Shown: positions 26,008 through 30,627 of the stretch, piece by piece
How positions within the stretch are numbered: the stretch's first letter is position 1
Layout: every line of letters begins with the position of its first letter
From: Methanosarcinales archaeon
Lineage (GTDB): Archaea; Halobacteriota; Methanosarcinia; Methanotrichales; Methanotrichaceae
Direction of reading: 5' to 3'
Length of the DNA: 30,627 bases
NCBI GenBank assembly: GCA_013415595.1
Contig: JAAEEW010000041.1
Location: forward strand, 1 to 30,627
The notes under the pieces: generated by a model
Told to the model about the DNA's origin: nothing
What the model saw: only the letters and a program-made list of their open reading frames with translations
Databases searched by the model: none
Made by a program: the position numbers and the translations under genes

Positions 26008-26517
26008 TTATTTATTCTCCGGCTCCTTCTGCTTCAGCACACCCATGGCCATCAGGGATGCCTTGGCCTGGGCCCGGACCAGCAGCGACTCGTCCTCCGC
26101 CGCCTTCTTCAGGCCTTCGACGGCCTTCCCGTCCTTGATCTCACCCAGCACCCAGGCGGACCCGGCCCGAATGCCGTCGTCTGCATCCTCCAGGGCGGCG
26201 ATCATCCGGTCCACGACCCCCTTGCCCCGGGCAGCCAGGCGCACCATGGCGTTGCTCTTCACGATGTGCTCATCATCCTTCAGCGCCTGGACCATGGCCT
26301 CCACGGCCTCCGGCTCCTGGCGGTTGGCCAGATAGGACACAGCGTTGGACCTGGCCAGCATGTTCCTGTCCCCGGTGACGGCCCTGGCCAACCGCTCTGT
26401 GGACCAGCTCTCGTCCGGAAGCTCATCAGGCATCCCAGGCTCCATGTGGAAGAGTGGATCCGTAGACAGCTCCGCCTTGGGCTCCTTTCCGGCCTCGACC
26501 TTCTTCTCGTCTGGCAT
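26008..26517 (-). CDS. HEAT/PBS-lyase-repeat protein
   Basis: Repeated ALxDxxxxVRxxAxxxLG units (ALKDDEHIVKSNAMVRLA, ALEDADDGIRAGSAWVLG, AAEDESLLVRAQAKASL). Confidence 0.88.
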   Translation of the reverse strand: MPDEKKVEAGKEPKAELSTDPLFHMEPGMPDELPDESWSTERLARAVTGDRNMLARSNAVSYLANRQEPEAVEAMVQALKDDEHIVKSNAMVRLAARGKGVVDRMIAALEDADDGIRAGSAWVLGEIKDGKAVEGLKKAAEDESLLVRAQAKASLMAMGVLKQKEPENK

Positions 26518-26535
26518 GTGTAGGAAATAGAGGGC

Positions 26536-27120
26536 CTATTGTACTTCAGCCTTTCCAAGCTGGAAGGCCTTCATGTTCGCCTCCATGTACCTGGGCGGCA
26601 CCACGTCCTTCAATGCCTCCAGCAGCAGGTCCTCGGGGATGGGGATGTACCGGGAGAGAGCACCCAGCATCACCACGTTCATGGCCTGGGCCGTCCCCGC
26701 CTGGCGGGCCAGTTCGCTGGCGGCTAGAGTCCTCACCTTGGCCGTCTCCCGAAGAGGCGCCAGCATGCTCTCCAGATCCGGATATTCAGAGACCCCGGTG
26801 GTCACGGTCACCGGCAGCACCCGCTCGGTGTTCACTATGGCCACCCCGCCGGGGGCCAGGTACTGGCCGAACCTCAGGGCCTCGGCCGGCTCCAGGGCCA
26901 GGAGCACGTCGGCCCCCCCTTCGGCCACCATGGGGCTGAAACCGCATCCGATGCGGGTGTGGTTGATGACGCTGCCGCCCCGCTGGGCCATGCCGTGGGT
27001 CTCCGCGCCCCGCACCGGAAGCCCGGCCTTGACCGCCGCCCGGCCCAGGACATCAGAGATCAGAATCACGCCCTGGCCGCCGACTCCTACTATTACTATG
27101 TCCGACTGAGAGGTCTTCAT
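26536..27120 (-). CDS. iorB: Indolepyruvate:ferredoxin oxidoreductase beta subunit
   Basis: MKTSQSDIVIVGVGGQG, AETHGMAQRGGSV, ADVLLALEPAEA, NVVMLGAL. The ATG overlaps the iorA stop (ATGA). Confidence 0.95.
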   Translation of the reverse strand: MKTSQSDIVIVGVGGQGVILISDVLGRAAVKAGLPVRGAETHGMAQRGGSVINHTRIGCGFSPMVAEGGADVLLALEPAEALRFGQYLAPGGVAIVNTERVLPVTVTTGVSEYPDLESMLAPLRETAKVRTLAASELARQAGTAQAMNVVMLGALSRYIPIPEDLLLEALKDVVPPRYMEANMKAFQLGKAEVQ

Positions 27121-28898
27121 TCCACCACCTCCACCGAGCCGATGGGACAGATCTGAGCGCACACCCCGCAGCCGGTGCATAGCGCGTTTATGCTGGCCTT
27201 CTCGTCGACGAACTCGATGGCCGGACATCCGAACTCCACGCACTTCTTGCAGCCGGTGCAGCTGTCCCGGACCCGGAAGGGTCTGCGACGCTCGCCGGAC
27301 CGTCTGGCCCCTATCACGCAGGCCTGCTCGGCTATCACCACCGACAGCCCTGGATGCTCCCGGGCCCGGCGGAAGGTCTGCACCGCAGCGTCCAGGTCGT
27401 AGGGGCTCACCGTCTCCACCAGCCCGGCCCCCAGGGCTCTGGATATCTCCTCCAGGGAGACCCGGCTCGTGGCCTCTCCGGTGGCCATGACCCCGGTCCC
27501 CGGGTGGGGCTGGTGCCCGGTCATGGCGGTGGTGGAGTTGTCCAGCACGGCCACGGTTATGCGGGCCTTGTTGTAGGCGGCGTTCAACAGCCCGGTCAAG
27601 CCGGAATGCAGGAAGGTGGAATCGCCCAGACTGCAGCAGATGGGCCGCTCCTCCCCTCCGAACCTGATCCCGCTGGCCACGGTGATGGAAGCCCCCATGC
27701 ACAGACAGGTGTCCACAGTTCCCATGCCCACGGCCATGGTGTAGCAGCCGATGTCGCTTGGGTAGACTGCGTCCCGGCCAAAGGCCTTTCTCATGGCGTA
27801 GTAGGTGGCCCGGTGGCTGCACCCGGGACATAGAGAAGGCGGCCGGGGGGGAAGGATCTCCCGGGGCAGAATGGGAGCGCTTCTGGTCTGCTCTCCGGCC
27901 ATGGTGGCCACGGCGTTATCCACCTGCAGCAGGTCGAACTCCCCGTCCCGGGGAAGGGCCCCGCTGGACTTGCCCAGGATCTTCAGCCCCGGGTTGTACC
28001 TCAGAGCGATGCGCTCCACCTGTTCCTCCAGCACCGGCTCCAGCTCCTCCACCACCATCAGCACATTGCAGTGCTCCACCATCTTCTTGACCAGTTCAAA
28101 GGGCGGCGGAAACGTCCCCACCCGCAGGAAGGAGAGGTTCAGATCCATCCTGGCGATGGCCTCCCCGGCGTACAGCCCCGATATCCCGGAGGCGATTATG
28201 CCGTGGTCTCCCCGCAGGGTCAGGCTGTTCCAGGGGGCGGACTCCAGCTCCCCGGCCAGGGCCTCTTGCTTGCTGAGAAGCTCCCGGTGCAGGGGCCGGA
28301 CGTGGACCGGCAGGGCTACCCGGCGCCGGGGATTCTTGTCGAAGCCGGCTCCCTGGCTGGGCTTCTGAATGGTGCCCGTCTCCACGTCCGAGCGGGCGTG
28401 GGAGACCCGGGTGGTGGGCCGGAGCATCACCGGAAGGTTCAGCTTCTCCGATAGGCCAAAGGCGTAGATGGCCATGTCTTTGGCCTCCTGGGGATCGGCA
28501 GGGTCCAGACAGGGGATGTCGGCGAACTGGGCATAGCGCCGGGAGTCCTGCTCGTTTTGAGAGGAGTGGCAGTAAGGGTCGTCGGCGGAGATTATCACCA
28601 GCCCTCCGCCCACTCCCAGGTAAGCCAGGGTCATGAAAGGATCGGCGGCCACGTTCAGGCCTACGTGTTTCATGGTGACCACCGACCTGGTGCCAGCCCA
28701 GGACCCCCCTATGGCCACCTCCATGGCCACCTTCTCGTTGACAGACCACTCCACGTGCATCCCCTGCTCCCCGGCCCACGGAGCCAGGGACTCCACGATC
28801 TCAGACGATGGAGTGCCGGGGTATCCGGATGCCAGGCCACAACCAGCCTCCAGAATGCCCCTCGCGATCGCGACGTTTCCCAGCAGATATTCCCTCAC
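27117..28898 (-). CDS. iorA: Indolepyruvate:ferredoxin oxidoreductase alpha subunit
   Basis: LLGNVAIARG, GYPGTPSSEI, EWSVNEKVA, MKHVGLNVAAD, SSQNEQD, LCPGCSHR, SDIGCY, GDSTFLHSG (TPP) and a C-terminal 2x[4Fe-4S] ferredoxin motif. Start placed at GTG 28898 (ORF track extends to 29009). Confidence 0.95.
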   Translation of the reverse strand: MREYLLGNVAIARGILEAGCGLASGYPGTPSSEIVESLAPWAGEQGMHVEWSVNEKVAMEVAIGGSWAGTRSVVTMKHVGLNVAADPFMTLAYLGVGGGLVIISADDPYCHSSQNEQDSRRYAQFADIPCLDPADPQEAKDMAIYAFGLSEKLNLPVMLRPTTRVSHARSDVETGTIQKPSQGAGFDKNPRRRVALPVHVRPLHRELLSKQEALAGELESAPWNSLTLRGDHGIIASGISGLYAGEAIARMDLNLSFLRVGTFPPPFELVKKMVEHCNVLMVVEELEPVLEEQVERIALRYNPGLKILGKSSGALPRDGEFDLLQVDNAVATMAGEQTRSAPILPREILPPRPPSLCPGCSHRATYYAMRKAFGRDAVYPSDIGCYTMAVGMGTVDTCLCMGASITVASGIRFGGEERPICCSLGDSTFLHSGLTGLLNAAYNKARITVAVLDNSTTAMTGHQPHPGTGVMATGEATSRVSLEEISRALGAGLVETVSPYDLDAAVQTFRRAREHPGLSVVIAEQACVIGARRSGERRRPFRVRDSCTGCKKCVEFGCPAIEFVDEKASINALCTGCGVCAQICPIGSVEVVE

Positions 28899-29079
28899 AA
28901 AAAGACCATCCTTTTTATATTTATCAGATATATTTATCCTGGGAAGGTCTATTCTGATTCCTAGCTGATAACTTTTTTGATCAGCGGCTGCTGGAAATCC
29001 ATTGCGCATGATGACAAAAGTATTTAGGCGGGAATGACCACCAGAGGGTAATCACAGCAGCAAATGGGATTAAAATAAT

Positions 29080-30123
29080 ATGAAAAGTACCACAGGCTGG
29101 AATGCCGACTTCACCGGGTCGTTTCACAACTACCTCTCCCGGGGATGCCAGATCTGCCGCACCGGGGCCTCCATGGTTCTATTCGTAACCGGTCTATGTC
29201 CCCGGGATTGTGCCTACTGCCCACTCTCCCGGGACCGGAAGGATCAGGACATTATGCTGGCCAACGAGCAGCCGGTAAGGATCCTGCAGGACATGCTGGA
29301 GGAGGCCGGGGCCATGGACGCCCTGGGGACGGGGATAACCGGAGGCGAGCCGCTGCTGAAAGCTCCGCTGGTTATGGAGTGCATCGCCCTCATCAAGAGA
29401 GAGCGGGGCTATGACCACCACATCCACCTCTACACCGGCTCGGCCCCCGGGCAGGCCCTGCTGGCCGATCTGAAGGAGGCGGGGCTGGACGAGATCCGCT
29501 TTCACCCCCGGGAGCAGCCGGACGGAAAAGAGCTGTACCGGCTGCTGAAAGAGGCCCGCTCCCTGGGCCTGGAGGCGGGGGTGGAGATGCCGGCCCTGGC
29601 CTTCATGCCGGAGGTGGTGGAGGCGGTGAGGAGGGCGGATGCCTTCCTGAACCTGAACGAGCTGGAGTTCTCCGAGACCAACCAGCAGGCCCTCCGGGCC
29701 CGGGGTTTTCGGGCCAAAGAGGACTCCTGCGGGGTCCTGGGGAGCGAGGAGGTGGCCCGGAGATACATGATAGACGGGCTGAAGGTCCACTACTGCTCCT
29801 CCACCTTCAAGGACGCCGTCCAGCTCCGGGAGAGGCTGAAGCGCAGGGCCCGCATCGTGGGCCGGCCCTTCGACCTGGCCACCGAGGACGGCACCCTGAT
29901 CTACGGCACCATCCACAGCCCGGACCAGGCGGCCACCCTGGACGCACTGGCCGCCCTGGAAGTGCCCCCGGAGATGTATTTTGCCTCCGGAGACGAGGTG
30001 GAGATCGCAGGCTGGATACTGGAAGACATCGTGGAGGAGCTGAGAGACCTGGGCTGCCGGATGGCCCTGGTGGAGCGCTACCCCATGGAGGGCGGACTGG
30101 TGGTGGAGAGAATACCTTTATAA
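29080..30123 (+). CDS. Radical SAM protein (uncharacterised archaeal PFL-activase-related family, COG2108-like)
   Basis: GCQICRTGASMVLFVTGL-CPRDCAYC (CxxxCxxC), ITGGEP, HIHLYT, LDEIRFHP, NLNELEFSETN and VHYCSS. Confidence 0.88.
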   Translation: MKSTTGWNADFTGSFHNYLSRGCQICRTGASMVLFVTGLCPRDCAYCPLSRDRKDQDIMLANEQPVRILQDMLEEAGAMDALGTGITGGEPLLKAPLVMECIALIKRERGYDHHIHLYTGSAPGQALLADLKEAGLDEIRFHPREQPDGKELYRLLKEARSLGLEAGVEMPALAFMPEVVEAVRRADAFLNLNELEFSETNQQALRARGFRAKEDSCGVLGSEEVARRYMIDGLKVHYCSSTFKDAVQLRERLKRRARIVGRPFDLATEDGTLIYGTIHSPDQAATLDALAALEVPPEMYFASGDEVEIAGWILEDIVEELRDLGCRMALVERYPMEGGLVVERIPL

Positions 30124-30161
30124 GTCAGGATTTCATTCTCTCGGGGCGGTGAATAGGCTGG

Positions 30162-30464
30162 ATGGAGAGCGCTGAAGAACGAATTCAAGAGAGGCTCAGG
30201 AATTACCTTAAGAGAGACGGCATTGGTATCAGGAAGGCTGTTCTAAAGCTATTCTTAAAAGACAGATCCTATACCACCGAGGATATCTTCACCTTCCTGG
30301 AGAAGGAGGGCTTCGAGGTGAGCTATCGGGGAGTCTCGGCCATGGTGGGCCTGATGAACACCAGACTGGGCATACTCAGCATAGACGTCTCTGGAGATCA
30401 TAACGTTTACTCGCTTAAGGACGACCACAAGACCATCGTCAAGTCCGTGCTGGACAACTACTGA
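30162..30464 (+). CDS. DUF2551-family protein (possible winged-helix)
   Basis: RLRNYLKRD..GIRKAVLKLFL and VSYRGVSAMVGLMNTRLGIL are recognised as the methanogen DUF2551 pattern. Confidence 0.75.
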   Translation: MESAEERIQERLRNYLKRDGIGIRKAVLKLFLKDRSYTTEDIFTFLEKEGFEVSYRGVSAMVGLMNTRLGILSIDVSGDHNVYSLKDDHKTIVKSVLDNY

Positions 30465-30543
30465 GAATTGCTGAACTGTTTCTGAAAAATAAAAACTGCT
30501 TTTAGGGCTTTTCTGCTTTTTGCGGCCGTATGCCGCCGATTTT

Positions 30544-30627
30544 TCAGTTTGGCGGCTCGCCCCGCTTCATTCTCTTTAGATATTTATTCAACACCCGGTC
30601 CGCCAGCAGGTTGACTCCGGTCAGGGC
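30544..30627 (-). CDS. 3' end of a gene entering from beyond the window
   Basis: The minus strand reads ALTGVNLLADRVLNKYLKRMKRGEPPN* to TGA at 30544-30546. Too short to identify. Confidence 0.4.
   Translation of the reverse strand, partial: ALTGVNLLADRVLNKYLKRMKRGEPPN

Noticed and set aside
28899-29009. 37-aa N-terminal extension of IorA in the ORF track
   Set aside because: It runs through the AT-rich TATA region, and homology begins at the GTG at 28898.

Overview
GC-rich chromosomal segment, apparently archaeal. The gene content and style point to a methanogenic euryarchaeon, probably Methanotrichaceae (inference, no database check). About 26 protein-coding genes are supported, mostly housekeeping: ApbC/Mrp, GpmA, UbiD-family decarboxylase, a divergent FtsZ, sulfide-type Thi4, P-type ATPase, RqcH/NFACT, IlvA, 6TM K+ channel, TerC/DUF475, S9 peptidase, IorAB and a radical SAM protein. 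No tRNA, rRNA, CRISPR array, transposase or integrase was recognised. The most interesting element is a three-gene cassette at 18412-21233: an inactivated RecA/RadA-like protein ending in a PIP-box-like motif, a small helical protein and a PolB2-group polymerase. It resembles an archaeal counterpart of the imuA-imuB-dnaE2 mutasome and has a perfect 13-bp tandem repeat upstream. Other highlights are an uncalled 32-aa membrane microprotein directly behind the divergent ftsZ, a P-type ATPase with non-canonical ion-binding residues and a hairpin-rich upstream region, a lower-GC membrane-anchored metallophosphoesterase followed by a 41-bp AT-rich dyad, and recurrent short tandem duplications near stop codons.
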